Shown here one piece after another: positions 1-10,421 of a stretch of 64,000 bases of DNA. This stretch comes from Candidatus Nanoarchaeia archaeon. Lineage in GTDB: Archaea; Nanobdellota; Nanobdellia; SCGC-AAA011-G17; GW2011-AR18. The position numbers and the translations under genes were made by a program. Location: positions 45,295-109,294 of the forward strand of contig DATDWR010000022.1 of the NCBI GenBank assembly GCA_035289605.1, in the 5' to 3' direction. The stretch's first letter is position 1, and each line of letters starts with the position of its first letter. Below the pieces are notes generated by a model. It did not search any database. It was not told where the DNA came from and saw only the letters and a list, made by a program, of their open reading frames with translations.

Positions 1-488
1 AGTAGCTTGTCTTCTACTTTTCCTGCAGATACTGATGTTATTAGGTCTTTCATTGGTATTCCAGCATCTGCTAGTGCTAGTGATGCTGCTGTTATTCCAG
101 CGCACCTTGTTCCTGCATCTGTTTGTATTAGTTCTATGAATACATCTACAACTGCTCCCGAGTAGTCGCTTAAGTCAAGCATTGGCAGTAATGCTTTTTC
201 TGTCACTAGAGAAATTTCTTTTGACCTCCTGTTTCCTCCAGGTCTTACTCTTTCTCCGCTTCCTGAGAATGCTGTCATGTTGTATTCGCATCTTAGTATT
301 CCTTTTGTTGGGTCTTGCAGGAATGCCGGATACAACTCTTTTGGGCCGTATACTGCTGCTATTGCTACTGTGTTTCCGACCTTGAACATTGCGCTGCCAT
401 TTGCCCTAGGAACAACTCCTACCTTTACTTCCATGGGCCTTAGCTCATCAAATTTTCTTCCGTCAAATCTTTTATTGTAAGCTACCAC
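1..488 (-). CDS. rrp41: Exosome complex exonuclease Rrp41 (runs off window start)
   Basis: Manual translation from GTG at 488: MVAYNKRFDGRKFDELRPMEVKVG...AVYGP...RRSKEIS...DAGTRCAGITAASLALADAGIPM; RNase PH motifs; follows rrp4. Confidence 0.95.
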   Translation of the reverse strand, partial: MVAYNKRFDGRKFDELRPMEVKVGVVPRANGSAMFKVGNTVAIAAVYGPKELYPAFLQDPTKGILRCEYNMTAFSGSGERVRPGGNRRSKEISLVTEKALLPMLDLSDYSGAVVDVFIELIQTDAGTRCAGITAASLALADAGIPMKDLITSVSAGKVEDKL

Positions 489-1173
489 TTTCTTTCTCCA
501 AGTATTCTTTTATCCTATCAGTAAGTCCTGACATGAAGCTTTCTTTTTCTATTTTCTTTATCGTCCTTACAGCAAGATCTTCTTTGTAAACATTATCGCC
601 GCTTATCCATATGAAGCCGTTTTGTCCTACAGAGATTTTGCACCCTGTGTATTCTTTTATCAGGTTTATCATGCTTCCTTGTTTTCCTATTACTCTCGGC
701 ACTTTTGTGCTTCCTATTTTTATTATCCTTCCTTCTCCAAGCTTTCTGAGTCCTGGTCCTTTTATTGAAAGGTCTATGATTTTCATGCTTGCAATATTTA
801 CTATCTGTGCCATTATGTAGTCTCCATGGCTTAGGTATTTGCTTAGGTCTGCTCCCTTTGCTATGTAGTCTGAGCTTGCATCTTTGATTGATAGGTTTGC
901 TTCAAATGCCCACCCTATGTCTACTCTCCATCCGCTTAATCCTATAGAAGTTACCTTTCCTATTACTATATCATCTCTTTTTGGTACATAAGGTCCTGTT
1001 AGTGGTACAAGCTTGATAAGTCTTCCGCTTAAGCTTGCCATGCCTACTTTTGTTGCTATGAGCTTTTCCTTTTCTCTTATTATGTCTTCTCCAGGCAGAT
1101 ATTCCATGCTTTCTGCTATTACTTGTCCTGGAACTACAAGTTCCTTGTCATTGATCATTATTCCCTGTGTCAT
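472..1173 (-). CDS. rrp4: Exosome RNA-binding protein Rrp4 (S1+KH)
   Basis: VVPGQVI N-terminus, S1 domain, KH motif VPRVIGKQGSM, GQNGFIWI. Confidence 0.95.
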   Translation of the reverse strand: MTQGIMINDKELVVPGQVIAESMEYLPGEDIIREKEKLIATKVGMASLSGRLIKLVPLTGPYVPKRDDIVIGKVTSIGLSGWRVDIGWAFEANLSIKDASSDYIAKGADLSKYLSHGDYIMAQIVNIASMKIIDLSIKGPGLRKLGEGRIIKIGSTKVPRVIGKQGSMINLIKEYTGCKISVGQNGFIWISGDNVYKEDLAVRTIKKIEKESFMSGLTDRIKEYLEKESGSLQ

Positions 1174-1871
1174 TTTTTCTTTAGTATGCTTATCTCAACT
1201 GTGCCTTTTGTTAATCTATTTAAATCTACCTCTAGTTCTTCTTGCAGTCCTGCGGGTATTTCTAGCATTACGCTTAAGCTGCCGTCGTTTTCCCATCTTT
1301 CGCTTATTAGCTTTCCATAGTGTTTTAATGTGTTGAATGATTTTCCTGCATACTGTGGTGCTACTCTTATTCCAAGCTCTCTTATTTCATATTTTATTGG
1401 CAGGATCTTTTTAAGCCCGTCTATTACGTCTTTTACTTGCTGCTCTGCTGGTTTGTTTTCTACTCTTATTTTCGCTTCTGCTATTGCATTTTCTATTCTT
1501 TGCGGAGGATGCGGCTTTCCTGTGTTCGGGTCTACTGTGCTTCTGTGCACCAAGTTGACTACTTGTTTTCTTGTCTGTTCAAGTTCCTTTCTCAGCATTT
1601 CTGCAGTTATTTGCACAATTCCATTTTTTACTATAGTTTTGCATATCTCTAGTTTGTCGTCTGTGCCGAATAATTTTTCAAGGTCTTTTTCAGAAGCCCT
1701 TAACCCTTTTTTTGCATCGCTGTAAATCTCTTCGCTGACAACAACATCTGTTATAGAAATATTTTTTCCTGCTTTGAAGTCTGCTGCATTTTGTGGATCA
1801 ACTAGAATCTCAAAGTCTTTTCCTTCTTTTCTTGCCTTCGCTATTACTGCTTCATTTACATTCCTGATCAT
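1170..1871 (-). CDS. sdo1: Ribosome maturation factor SBDS/Sdo1
   Basis: GKDFEILVDP, KKGLRAS, PHPPQRIENAI motifs; conserved position between psmA and rrp4. Confidence 0.95.
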   Translation of the reverse strand: MIRNVNEAVIAKARKEGKDFEILVDPQNAADFKAGKNISITDVVVSEEIYSDAKKGLRASEKDLEKLFGTDDKLEICKTIVKNGIVQITAEMLRKELEQTRKQVVNLVHRSTVDPNTGKPHPPQRIENAIAEAKIRVENKPAEQQVKDVIDGLKKILPIKYEIRELGIRVAPQYAGKSFNTLKHYGKLISERWENDGSLSVMLEIPAGLQEELEVDLNRLTKGTVEISILKKK

Positions 1872-1878
1872 ATCGCAT

Positions 1879-2604
1879 TCAGACCTTTTTGGCCAATTTT
1901 TTTAAGGATTCCTTGTCTAGTCTTCTAAATTGCCTGTCGCTTGTTTTTATGTAAGCCCCGTCTATTCTGTCTGCATCAAAGTCTTTTCCGAATACTCTCT
2001 TGAATGCACTGACTGCAAGCTTCATTCCCTGCTCGAGGTTCATTTCCGAATCATATTCTTTTTCTAGTATTTCTTTTAGTTGTGTTTCTGCTTCGCCTAT
2101 AACTGTTGCCTTGTACTGGAAATATATTCCTGTTACGTCTGTTACGTAAAGCTGCGGGCCCTCATCATCTACTCCTGCAAATAGTATGCTCACTCCGAAT
2201 GGTCTTGCTCCTCCGAACTGTGTGTAAGCCTGTTTCATGTTTGCTATGTCTTTGACTAGAGAAAGTATGTCCATTGAACTGTCATATGTTACCTTGTATT
2301 GTTGTGCTATTAGCTGTGCTCTTTCTATTAGAACCCTTCCGTCCATCAAGTATCCTGTTGCGCTTGCTCCTATATGGTCGTCAACCTGGAATACTTTTTC
2401 TATGCTTTGCCCTATCATTAGTTTTTCTAGAATTCTTTTGTCTGCTAGTAATAATACTCCGTCTTTGCATACTATTCCTAAGGATGTTGTGCCTTGCCTG
2501 ACTGCTTTTTTTGCATATTCTACCTGAAGCAGTCTTCCGTCTGGGCTGAACATTGTGCTGCTCCTGTCATATCCCATCATTTGGTGTGTTATTGTTGGCT
2601 GCAC
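1879..2604 (-). CDS. psmA: Proteasome subunit alpha
   Basis: GYDRSSTMFSPDGRLLQVEYA signature, RPFGVS. Confidence 0.97.
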   Translation of the reverse strand: MQPTITHQMMGYDRSSTMFSPDGRLLQVEYAKKAVRQGTTSLGIVCKDGVLLLADKRILEKLMIGQSIEKVFQVDDHIGASATGYLMDGRVLIERAQLIAQQYKVTYDSSMDILSLVKDIANMKQAYTQFGGARPFGVSILFAGVDDEGPQLYVTDVTGIYFQYKATVIGEAETQLKEILEKEYDSEMNLEQGMKLAVSAFKRVFGKDFDADRIDGAYIKTSDRQFRRLDKESLKKLAKKV

Positions 2605-2951
2605 TATGATGCACCTCTATGCAGAAATTTGGATCTGGATTTGTTTATCATTCCTGAAGCTCCTAAGCTCCTAAGAAGAATGTCTTCTTTATTAATCTTT
2701 CTCACGAAGCAGAAGCTCGCCCTCAAATGGTCTAGATATTTGTTGTTTAGTTTTATTACTCCCCTGTTTTTCTGGAATTCTAAAAAGTTCAAGTTTGCTT
2801 TTGATAGTGTAAAGTTTCCGAAGTATTCTCTAAATTTTTCAGTTACTTCTTCTTTAAGTTTCTTGTATTCTATGTTGCCTTCGCTTATTACTTCATACAC
2901 TAGGTATCTTTTCTTTTCTCTTAAGCTCGGCTTCAGCAATTTTTGTTTCAT
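2604..2951 (-). CDS. rnp2: RNase P protein component 2 (Pop5/Rpp14)
   Basis: KPSLREKKRYLVYEV N-terminus, SGMINK C-terminus; superoperon context. Confidence 0.9.
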   Translation of the reverse strand: MKQKLLKPSLREKKRYLVYEVISEGNIEYKKLKEEVTEKFREYFGNFTLSKANLNFLEFQKNRGVIKLNNKYLDHLRASFCFVRKINKEDILLRSLGASGMINKSRSKFLHRGAS

Positions 2952-2988
2952 AATTTCACAAAGATATAATATTTAGTTTATCTTCTTC

Positions 2989-5900
2989 TCACAATTTTTT
3001 TGTACTGTTATAGGATTTATAAGCCTTTGGGTAGTTGTATGGTATGTATCTTAGGTGTGGCAGAGTATTGTCTTTTTTCGGCCTTCTCCACTCCGTAAAG
3101 AATACTAGTGCGATTATTATAGTCATTAATAGCAGGAAGTTTAGTCCGTCTATTATTGGAAGCTTGACATCTATTGCAGGATTTATTTTTATTGGACCTT
3201 TTGTTGTTAATTTAATGTCCAGTTTTGGAACAGTTATTCCTCCTGTTGCATTCACGAATCTTATTAGTATCTCGCCTATGCCTTTTGTAGTGTTTAGTAT
3301 TAGGTCATATGATCCTCCTTCTCCTTTTGTGGAGTGTATTATTATAGCTCCTTCTTCAGTTTCTATTATCTTTGTCCCTTCAGGTATTTCTGCAGGTTTT
3401 TCAGGTTCTTGTGGTTCTTGCTGTGGTTCTTCTTGTAATGGTATTTGAGGTTTGGCATCTCCTCCTCCATTTCCATTTCCGCCACCTCCTCCTCCGCCTC
3501 CTTCACCGCCTCCTGATACTGGTGTTTCCTCGCTTGAATATGTAGTAAAGGTGTTGACTGAAAATGTAAATATGCCGCTCGAGTAGCTTATCTCTGTACA
3601 GCTTCCGCAGAAATCATAGGATCCGCTGTCCTGCAAATCTATTAATGGTCTTGGGTTTGTGAATGTTAGGCTGTTTATTGTTATATTAGCGCTTGTATTA
3701 AACGCCCAAGCTGCTGTGCTGTTCACCCTTACGAAATTGCTGTTTATTGCTATGTTTCCCGTAGTGTTTATAGCATTTTCTTTTGTGATGTTTACTGTAA
3801 TATTTTCATATCTTATGCTTCCGTTTTCGTTTCTTAGTGTTATATTTATGGCTGTAAAATTTGTATAGTTAATATAATATAGAAGCCCACTTGTTATATT
3901 AGTTAGTGTTGTGCCGTTTGCTCCTGCAAGATAGAAATCATATGATGTTGCATTTATTATTAAATCAGAGTAATTGGCATTTGTTGTGTCTACTGCATAT
4001 ATTCCTTTTCCTTCTTGTCCTGTAGATAGCAGAGTGCTGGATGTTATGTTTGTGCTTTTGGTTCCTGTTCCAAAGATTATTGCACTTGCATTATAGCCTG
4101 TGCTTTCAAATTTATTGTTGTTTATCCTGTTCTGGTTCGCTACATCTATATATAATATGTGGGAATTATTATTGTAGGTTGTTAGGTTATTGTCGCTTAT
4201 ATTATTCCTTAGTGTGCTTGACCTGAGGTATATTGCAGAAGATTCTACTCCTAATGTTGTTATGTTATTTGATATTATGAGATTTCCGCTGCTCTGCATC
4301 CTTATTCCGTGTGATGGCAGTCCAGTGCTTGTTGCACCTTCTGTGTAAATTATATTTTCTGTAACATTGTTGGCTCCTCCATCTCCGTTTAAGTCCAGTC
4401 CTGAAGTTATTGTAGTAGCGTAGCTGCGTATAACATTCTTAGTTATATTGTGATGAGAGACTCCAGTTAGCGCCAATGTGACAGTTGTAGAGCCAAACGA
4501 AGTTAGATTATTGAATGCTATGTTATTGTCCGCTATTGATCCTGAAGTTGACTGTGAAGCAAGTATCGCTTCTGCTGTTCCTCCAAATGTGGTTATATTA
4601 TTAGACAGAATGTTGTTAAATCTTGTCTGTCTTAATAGGTTTATGCCTTCTGCATTGCTTCCTGCAAGGGTTGTAAATGTAAAAATTATATTGTTTGTTA
4701 TGTTATTATAATCAGAAAAGAAGTTTGTTGATCCTATTCTATTTCCGGAAATTTTTATTCCAGCTGCACTTGTTCCGTTTGTCTCTATTTTGTTGTAAGA
4801 AATATTGGAGTTGCCGGTTTGGTTTAGCATTATTCCTGCACCATTAGTGAAGTTAATTAGAATTGTATTATTAAACACAACGCTGTTTGACGAATGATTC
4901 AATACTATACCATTCCTGAAATAGCTTACATTGCAGTTTTTGATGTAGCTGTCGCTTATGTTGTTAAACCATGCCCCTACTCCTGTTGTGTGGTTTCCAA
5001 GTATTTCGTAGCCGTTACAGTCAAATACTATGCTGCTGGCATTCAATATTATTCCGTCGCCATTGCATATATTTCCTCCTGTGCTGTTTATTATTCCTGC
5101 ATCTAGTGATATGTTCGTTGCTAAGTAGCTTCCGCATGTCAAATTTATTGTTGTGTAGTTGCTCAGTCCTGTAACATTAAAAATTCTCGGATTGTTGGAA
5201 ATTTTGTTGCAGCTTGGAGGTCTGCACTGCACATTATTTCTTAGGATAGTATAAGCATCTGTAGAGCTTGAGTTTGCATCATTGAATGTTATTGTTATTG
5301 AAGTGCTCCTGTTGTATATTTCTGAATTGTTTAGTATATTTGCATTGTTGCTGGTAAAATCTATGTCATTGGTTGTGTTGGACATGGTGTCAGATTCTAG
5401 TAATGTCATGTTAATTAAATTGATGTTTGTTGTTGAGTTTCCTAAGCTCAGATTATAGAATGTAGAATAAGACTCAACAATTGTTATCTTGCTGACTAGA
5501 TGATTGTCTAAAAATGTTATGTTTATTGATTTATTCAAGTAAATGTCTATTTGGCTGTTGTTTGATATTGTGTTGTTGGAGAAGCTAGCATTAGTCAATG
5601 CGCCTAGTGCAACACCGTAAGTGTTGTTGTATATTGTTGTGTTTATTATTGTTAGATTATACAAGTTTATCATTCTGGAGTTTATGCCGTAGAGTGAGCT
5701 TGTTATGTTGCAGTTTCTTATGAGCGTATTATTAAATCCTCCATCTATTAGTATGCTGCTGTTTGCGCTTGTCCCGTTTCCTTCTATTCTATTTCCCTGG
5801 CAGTCTAAAATAATATTGTTAGCTTTTATGTTTATGCAACTTCCATGTGAAGTTATATTGCTAGTTAGTTGTATTAAATTATTTGCCGTTGCTGCTGCAC

Positions 5901-6030
5901 TGTCACAGCTGCTACAAGTATCGCATGTTGCTGCTTCTGCATTAGCTGCTAGAATTAATATTAGAGAAAACAAAATTGTTGCAACTATATAAAATCTGTT
6001 CTCAGTTGTTAATTTATTTAAATTTATCAT
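2989..6030 (-). CDS. Large secreted, membrane-anchored right-handed beta-helix (NosD/PbH1-like) surface protein
   Basis: Signal peptide, LDCQG/FDCNG beta-helix starts, Asn/Thr-rich repeats with many NxS/T sequons, Gly linker, C-terminal TM. Confidence 0.8.
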   Translation of the reverse strand: MINLNKLTTENRFYIVATILFSLILILAANAEAATCDTCSSCDSAAATANNLIQLTSNITSHGSCINIKANNIILDCQGNRIEGNGTSANSSILIDGGFNNTLIRNCNITSSLYGINSRMINLYNLTIINTTIYNNTYGVALGALTNASFSNNTISNNSQIDIYLNKSINITFLDNHLVSKITIVESYSTFYNLSLGNSTTNINLINMTLLESDTMSNTTNDIDFTSNNANILNNSEIYNRSTSITITFNDANSSSTDAYTILRNNVQCRPPSCNKISNNPRIFNVTGLSNYTTINLTCGSYLATNISLDAGIINSTGGNICNGDGIILNASSIVFDCNGYEILGNHTTGVGAWFNNISDSYIKNCNVSYFRNGIVLNHSSNSVVFNNTILINFTNGAGIMLNQTGNSNISYNKIETNGTSAAGIKISGNRIGSTNFFSDYNNITNNIIFTFTTLAGSNAEGINLLRQTRFNNILSNNITTFGGTAEAILASQSTSGSIADNNIAFNNLTSFGSTTVTLALTGVSHHNITKNVIRSYATTITSGLDLNGDGGANNVTENIIYTEGATSTGLPSHGIRMQSSGNLIISNNITTLGVESSAIYLRSSTLRNNISDNNLTTYNNNSHILYIDVANQNRINNNKFESTGYNASAIIFGTGTKSTNITSSTLLSTGQEGKGIYAVDTTNANYSDLIINATSYDFYLAGANGTTLTNITSGLLYYINYTNFTAINITLRNENGSIRYENITVNITKENAINTTGNIAINSNFVRVNSTAAWAFNTSANITINSLTFTNPRPLIDLQDSGSYDFCGSCTEISYSSGIFTFSVNTFTTYSSEETPVSGGGEGGGGGGGGNGNGGGDAKPQIPLQEEPQQEPQEPEKPAEIPEGTKIIETEEGAIIIHSTKGEGGSYDLILNTTKGIGEILIRFVNATGGITVPKLDIKLTTKGPIKINPAIDVKLPIIDGLNFLLLMTIIIALVFFTEWRRPKKDNTLPHLRYIPYNYPKAYKSYNSTKKL

Positions 6031-6548
6031 CTATTCCTCTTTTTTTTGGAGTTGTTGTATGCGGTCCAAACAGTCCTGTCATCTCTTTTGATGGCTAGCG
6101 CAATTTCGTGATAGCTAAATCTGAGATTTTCTTTTAAGTAAACAACAAGCGATTCTAGGGCAGATAACTCTGAATCTGCAAGAATTGCTACAGGTATTTG
6201 TATAGAATTTTTATCAATCGAAAGTTTTGATTTGTGTTTTTTCTTTGAATTGTCGAATGCATGCCAGATGTTTCTTTGGTCTCTTTTGAGCAGCCTAGAA
6301 ATATCGCATAGTGGAATATTACTTTCTTCTTTTAAGTATTTTACAACAGATTCTAGCACTGTTAATCTTTTGTTGAGAATTGAAACAGGAAAGCTTGCTT
6401 CCTGCTGTATTATCTGCAGTATTTCTTCATGCGATAAGCTATGCTTCTCTTTTAATGTAGAAATTAATTCTTTTATTTTTTTAATACTTAGTATATCATT
6501 CTTGTCTAATGCTGGATTAGTATGCCTAAAACCAGGTTTTTCCATCAA
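6027..6548 (-). CDS. Tandem-HTH putative transcription regulator
   Basis: Two internal repeats (LTVLESVVKYLKE...LKRDQRNIW; LSALESLVVYLKE...YHEIALAIKRDDRTVWTAY); paralog of 27265-27828. Confidence 0.75.
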   Translation of the reverse strand: MMEKPGFRHTNPALDKNDILSIKKIKELISTLKEKHSLSHEEILQIIQQEASFPVSILNKRLTVLESVVKYLKEESNIPLCDISRLLKRDQRNIWHAFDNSKKKHKSKLSIDKNSIQIPVAILADSELSALESLVVYLKENLRFSYHEIALAIKRDDRTVWTAYNNSKKKRNR

Positions 6549-6577
6549 TTAATAGATTAAACAGAGTTTAAATAATT

Positions 6578-6636
6578 TACGTATTATATAAGTATAAAAA
6601 GCTTAATAAAAAATAATTTTACGTATTATATAAGTA
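6578..6636. promoter_or_regulatory. Two 17-bp palindromic operator-like sites TACGTA-TTATA-TAAGTA (6578-6594, 6620-6636)
   Basis: Direct repeats 42 bp apart upstream of the HTH gene; same consensus as the array at 27079-27260. Confidence 0.7.
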
Positions 6637-6643
6637 TAAAAAT

Positions 6644-7138
6644 TTAGACAAAATTGCAGAGGCTTAAAGCATAATCTGCTTCATTTCCAGTCATCCCCAT
6701 AATCCTAAGTAAGCTCAAGAAATCTATTCTTCCTATCATCTGATATTTGTTTGAGGCAAAGCTGAAGAAGAAAATTTTTACTTTGTATTTCCTGCACAGT
6801 TTTATGCTTTTCATAACCCAGTTTAGTTCTATATTTGAATTAATTTTGTTAATGCTGAAAGCCACAGCAATTTCATTTTTCCTTGCAGCCTCGCACATTA
6901 TGTGATCAAGTCCTATTCTGTCTGTTGAATATGTATCTTTTTTTCCAAATAAATGAGGGTTAAGCAGTAATTTTATTCTTTTGTTTTCTATTAAATTTCT
7001 TGCTTCCGAATATGTTTTTGCTTCCTGCATTCCAAACTTTTTGATGTCATCTTTGAAGTAAATTTTTGAGTATCCTAAAAGCTTAGCAAAGTTTTTAGTG
7101 TCACTATTCTCTTCCATTAATGTGATATCGCAAAACAT
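6644..7138 (-). CDS. rnp3: RNase P protein component 3 (Rpp30), short form
   Basis: GLDHIMCEAARKNEIAVAFS and IKLCRKYKV...SFASNKYQM motifs; upstream of the rnp2-psmA cluster. Confidence 0.75.
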   Translation of the reverse strand: MFCDITLMEENSDTKNFAKLLGYSKIYFKDDIKKFGMQEAKTYSEARNLIENKRIKLLLNPHLFGKKDTYSTDRIGLDHIMCEAARKNEIAVAFSINKINSNIELNWVMKSIKLCRKYKVKIFFFSFASNKYQMIGRIDFLSLLRIMGMTGNEADYALSLCNFV

Positions 7139-7190
7139 TATTTAATCTTGTTTAGTAAGGTTTATAAATATTATTTAAGGTACTCATTGA

Positions 7191-7898
7191 ATGGAACCAA
7201 CAAATAATAAGGTACCTAAGCATATTGGGATCATTCTTGATGGAAATCGTAGATTTGCTAAAAGATTAATGTTAAAACCACTTAAAGGCCACGAATGGGG
7301 TTATGAAAAAATAAAGAAGATAATGGAATGGTGCAAGGAGTTTAATATAAAGGAGCTCACATTATATACATTTTCTATTGAAAATTTTGACAGGCCTAAG
7401 AAAGAGTTTGATTATCTTATGAAATTATTTGTAAGGGCATTTAAAGAATTGAAGAATGATTGGAATAAAATAAAAGAACTTAAAGTAAGATTTATTGGCA
7501 GAATCTTCATGTTTCCTGAAAAGGTTCAGCAGTCTATGAAAGACTTGATGGAATCCACAATTAATAATGGGCCTTATACTTTGAACTTTGCTATGGCTTA
7601 TGGCGGAAGGGCTGAGATTGTTGATGCCACTAAAAAGATTGCGCAGCAGGTTAAGGAAGGAAAGCTTGACATTGACAATATCAATGAAGAAAATTTTAAG
7701 AAAAATCTGTATTTGGATTCAGATCCTGATCTTATTATTAGAACTTCAGAATCAAGGTTGTCCGGATTTTTACTGTATCAAGGAGCATATTCTGAAATTA
7801 TTTTCCTGCCTGAGAAATTATGGCCTGAATTTGAGAAGGAAGATTTTGTTAAATGCTTGGAAGAATACTCTAATAGAGAGAGAAGGTTTGGCAAGTAA
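7191..7898 (+). CDS. uppS: cis-Prenyltransferase (polyprenyl diphosphate synthase)
   Basis: PKHIGIILDGNRRFA, FSIENFDRP, YGGRAEI, PDLIIRTS-RLSGF. Confidence 0.96.
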   Translation: MEPTNNKVPKHIGIILDGNRRFAKRLMLKPLKGHEWGYEKIKKIMEWCKEFNIKELTLYTFSIENFDRPKKEFDYLMKLFVRAFKELKNDWNKIKELKVRFIGRIFMFPEKVQQSMKDLMESTINNGPYTLNFAMAYGGRAEIVDATKKIAQQVKEGKLDIDNINEENFKKNLYLDSDPDLIIRTSESRLSGFLLYQGAYSEIIFLPEKLWPEFEKEDFVKCLEEYSNRERRFGK

Positions 7899-7904
7899 AA
7901 AATT

Positions 7905-8396
7905 TTAGAGCTTTTTAATTTCACTAATTATTTTACTAATATTTTTATTCAAGTTATTTTCAGATGTATTGACTACAATAATTTTATGCTTATTTTCTAG
8001 AGCCTCAACTAAGCATACGTCAAATATTTCTGCATCTAAATTCTCTCTTATTTTATCCTTGCTGTATTCTCTCGCCTCCAGCCGCTTCTTCAAATCTTTT
8101 ATTTCGCATTTGCACACAATACACAAATCTATGTATTTAGTATCTAAGTAGTGGCTTAAGTGGCTGTCAATTATGAGATTTTCTTTTGATTCTTTGATTA
8201 ATCTCTCCAAAAATTTATTTAGTTTTTCTGCATCAACTTCATGTGTATCTAATTTTTTTATGTATTTTCCTTGTAACTTATTTTCTTTAATTAATTCACT
8301 TACATCAATATATTTATACTTTAATTTTTTAGATAGTTCCTTTGCTATTGTTGTTTTGCCACTTGCCACGCTTCCAGTTACGCATATTGTTTTCAT
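7905..8396 (-). CDS. Archaeal adenylate kinase, AK6/Fap7 family
   Basis: P-loop GSVASGKT, IIDSH, RLEAREYSKDKIRENLDAE. Confidence 0.9.
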   Translation of the reverse strand: MKTICVTGSVASGKTTIAKELSKKLKYKYIDVSELIKENKLQGKYIKKLDTHEVDAEKLNKFLERLIKESKENLIIDSHLSHYLDTKYIDLCIVCKCEIKDLKKRLEAREYSKDKIRENLDAEIFDVCLVEALENKHKIIVVNTSENNLNKNISKIISEIKKL

Positions 8397-8399
8397 TTT

Positions 8400-8687
8400 T
8401 TAGTCTACTGTAAACAGTTCATTGTCATGGTCTACATCAAATACTCCGATTCTTGCTCCTGCATCTAGCCAACCATGAGCATAATTTAATGCAGCAAATG
8501 CTGTTACATAGTCTCCTTTTTTCATGAAGTGTTTTGCATCTTCGTAGTATCTTTGTGCCATGTCTAAGAATATTTCTGCAGTTTCTTTTGTGTTTATCTT
8601 TATCCCCGGGTTTATCTTTACTTTCTTCAATGCTCTTCCTGTTACTTCAAAATATTTCTTCAATTTATGTTCTGTTATCTCTTTCAT
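8400..8687 (-). CDS. DUF357 domain protein
   Basis: MAQRYYEDAKHF...AFAALNYAHGWLDAGARIG. Confidence 0.9.
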   Translation of the reverse strand: MKEITEHKLKKYFEVTGRALKKVKINPGIKINTKETAEIFLDMAQRYYEDAKHFMKKGDYVTAFAALNYAHGWLDAGARIGVFDVDHDNELFTVD

Positions 8688-8721
8688 AGTATAAACAAAA
8701 ATTAAAGAATTAAATACTTAT

Positions 8722-10254
8722 CTAACAAGCACTATATTTATTTAATTGTTGTGGTACATAGTCTTTAGAATATATAGCATATACATTCCCAACACTATCA
8801 ACATCAACATCAGTAATTAAACCGTCTGGACCATATGTATTATTTTGAGGGAAAAAAACTTCATTTTTGACTACTGTAGTTACATATTTCCCATTATTGT
8901 CGAATTTCCACACAGCACTCTTTGACCTATCTGCAACAAATAAGGCTTTATCTTGTGCTTTTGATGCAGCTAGTTTCAGATTACGAGACGAGAATTTCTC
9001 ACTTTGTGGTCCTGTAAGTGCATAAAGCAGTTGATTGGCTGGTGATATTTTTATTACTCTGCTTTCTCTCCAAGGAACTACATTAAAATTGAATGTTGAA
9101 GCTACATAAAGCCCTTGAGGGCTAGTTTGTTCAAAAATTAAGGACATTGGATAAACACTTGTGGTTGTTGGAACAACTGTCTTCAAATCAAAGCTAGGCA
9201 ATTCCTGTCCTGCAGCAGTAAACATGAATACTTTGTCGCTGAATGCTACTGCGAAGTCTCCATTAGATTTAACATTCATAACAAATCCTCCAGCATTATT
9301 ATGTGCTTTCTGCACAAATGGAGTCAGAGTTTTGGTTACAGTGTTAAACTTAGCGACATAAAAAGTGCCGGATTTTGCATATGCTAAATACAGGTTATTC
9401 GCTGGTGCGTTAAATACTCTTGGACTGTATATTCCAGGCAATGCTTGGGTGTATTTTATAGCTCCTAGGTTATTAGCTAAGGCATCATATGCTGTTAATA
9501 CTAAATTAGGAGAATAAGATATCGGTTGTATAACAACATAAAATTTGTCCCCGCTTATTGTAAAATCCTTGCCTTCACCATTTAGCGCTATATCTTTCAA
9601 TAAATCTCCTGTATCACTTTTAAATAATCTTAATTTATATCTTGTTAACATCGCACTCAATGTAGGACCTATCTGCATAAATTTATAGCTATACTGTTCT
9701 CCAGTGTCTTTAGAGTAGATTTGTGAATATAGTTTAGGTGAGCCATCGTTATTTGTTAGTAATGTCCCTGAAGAATCTTTGCATTGTCCTATGCATCTAG
9801 ATGGTTGGGAAGTAGAAGTTGTGCTAAGGCATCCGTTTGTACACTTCTGGCTTTTTGTTGCAGGGCATGTTGCGCCTGTTTTAGAAGTTGATGTTGTTAT
9901 TAGTGTATTATAGTCTGTGCATGTTATTCTTTCTTTACAGTCATTTGTTGGCTGTGTTGTTGTTTTTTGCTTACTGCAAGTCCCGCCTATCGAAGCGCTG
10001 CAAATGTATCCAGCAGGGCAGGTTCCTTGTTTGCCTGGTCCTCCAGTGCACTTCTGTGTTGATGTATGAAAGAATTCTCCTGTGCTTTCTTCTACACTCG
10101 AATCTCCTAAAAAATTATTTCCTGTAAGTATTAATGCAAATGCTAAGACTAAAACTCCTGCAATAACAAGATATTTGTTAGAATTATTAGTAGATTTCTT
10201 TAATTCCATTTCTGTAACTATTTCACCTCTAACATTTTTTAGGTTGAAAGGCAT
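8722..10254 (-). CDS. Membrane-anchored protein with Cys-rich stalk and probable beta-propeller (NHL-like)
   Basis: N-terminal TM, Cys-rich segment, blades such as LFVADRSKSAVWKFD and DVDVDSVGNVY; true start may be a downstream ATG. Confidence 0.6.
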   Translation of the reverse strand: MPFNLKNVRGEIVTEMELKKSTNNSNKYLVIAGVLVLAFALILTGNNFLGDSSVEESTGEFFHTSTQKCTGGPGKQGTCPAGYICSASIGGTCSKQKTTTQPTNDCKERITCTDYNTLITTSTSKTGATCPATKSQKCTNGCLSTTSTSQPSRCIGQCKDSSGTLLTNNDGSPKLYSQIYSKDTGEQYSYKFMQIGPTLSAMLTRYKLRLFKSDTGDLLKDIALNGEGKDFTISGDKFYVVIQPISYSPNLVLTAYDALANNLGAIKYTQALPGIYSPRVFNAPANNLYLAYAKSGTFYVAKFNTVTKTLTPFVQKAHNNAGGFVMNVKSNGDFAVAFSDKVFMFTAAGQELPSFDLKTVVPTTTSVYPMSLIFEQTSPQGLYVASTFNFNVVPWRESRVIKISPANQLLYALTGPQSEKFSSRNLKLAASKAQDKALFVADRSKSAVWKFDNNGKYVTTVVKNEVFFPQNNTYGPDGLITDVDVDSVGNVYAIYSKDYVPQQLNKYSAC

Positions 10255-10421
10255 TTAAATACTTTTGGATTAGATCGAGCTTTGTTTGATAAGTGCTCAA
10301 AAATAACCTCAATTAAATTTTTTTTCTAGCCATAAAATTAGAGTAGCACAAAAGACTTTACTTTTTACACAAATCCGATTTAGATCTAGCTTTTAGTAAA
10401 AAATAGAAAAATAAATTTAAA

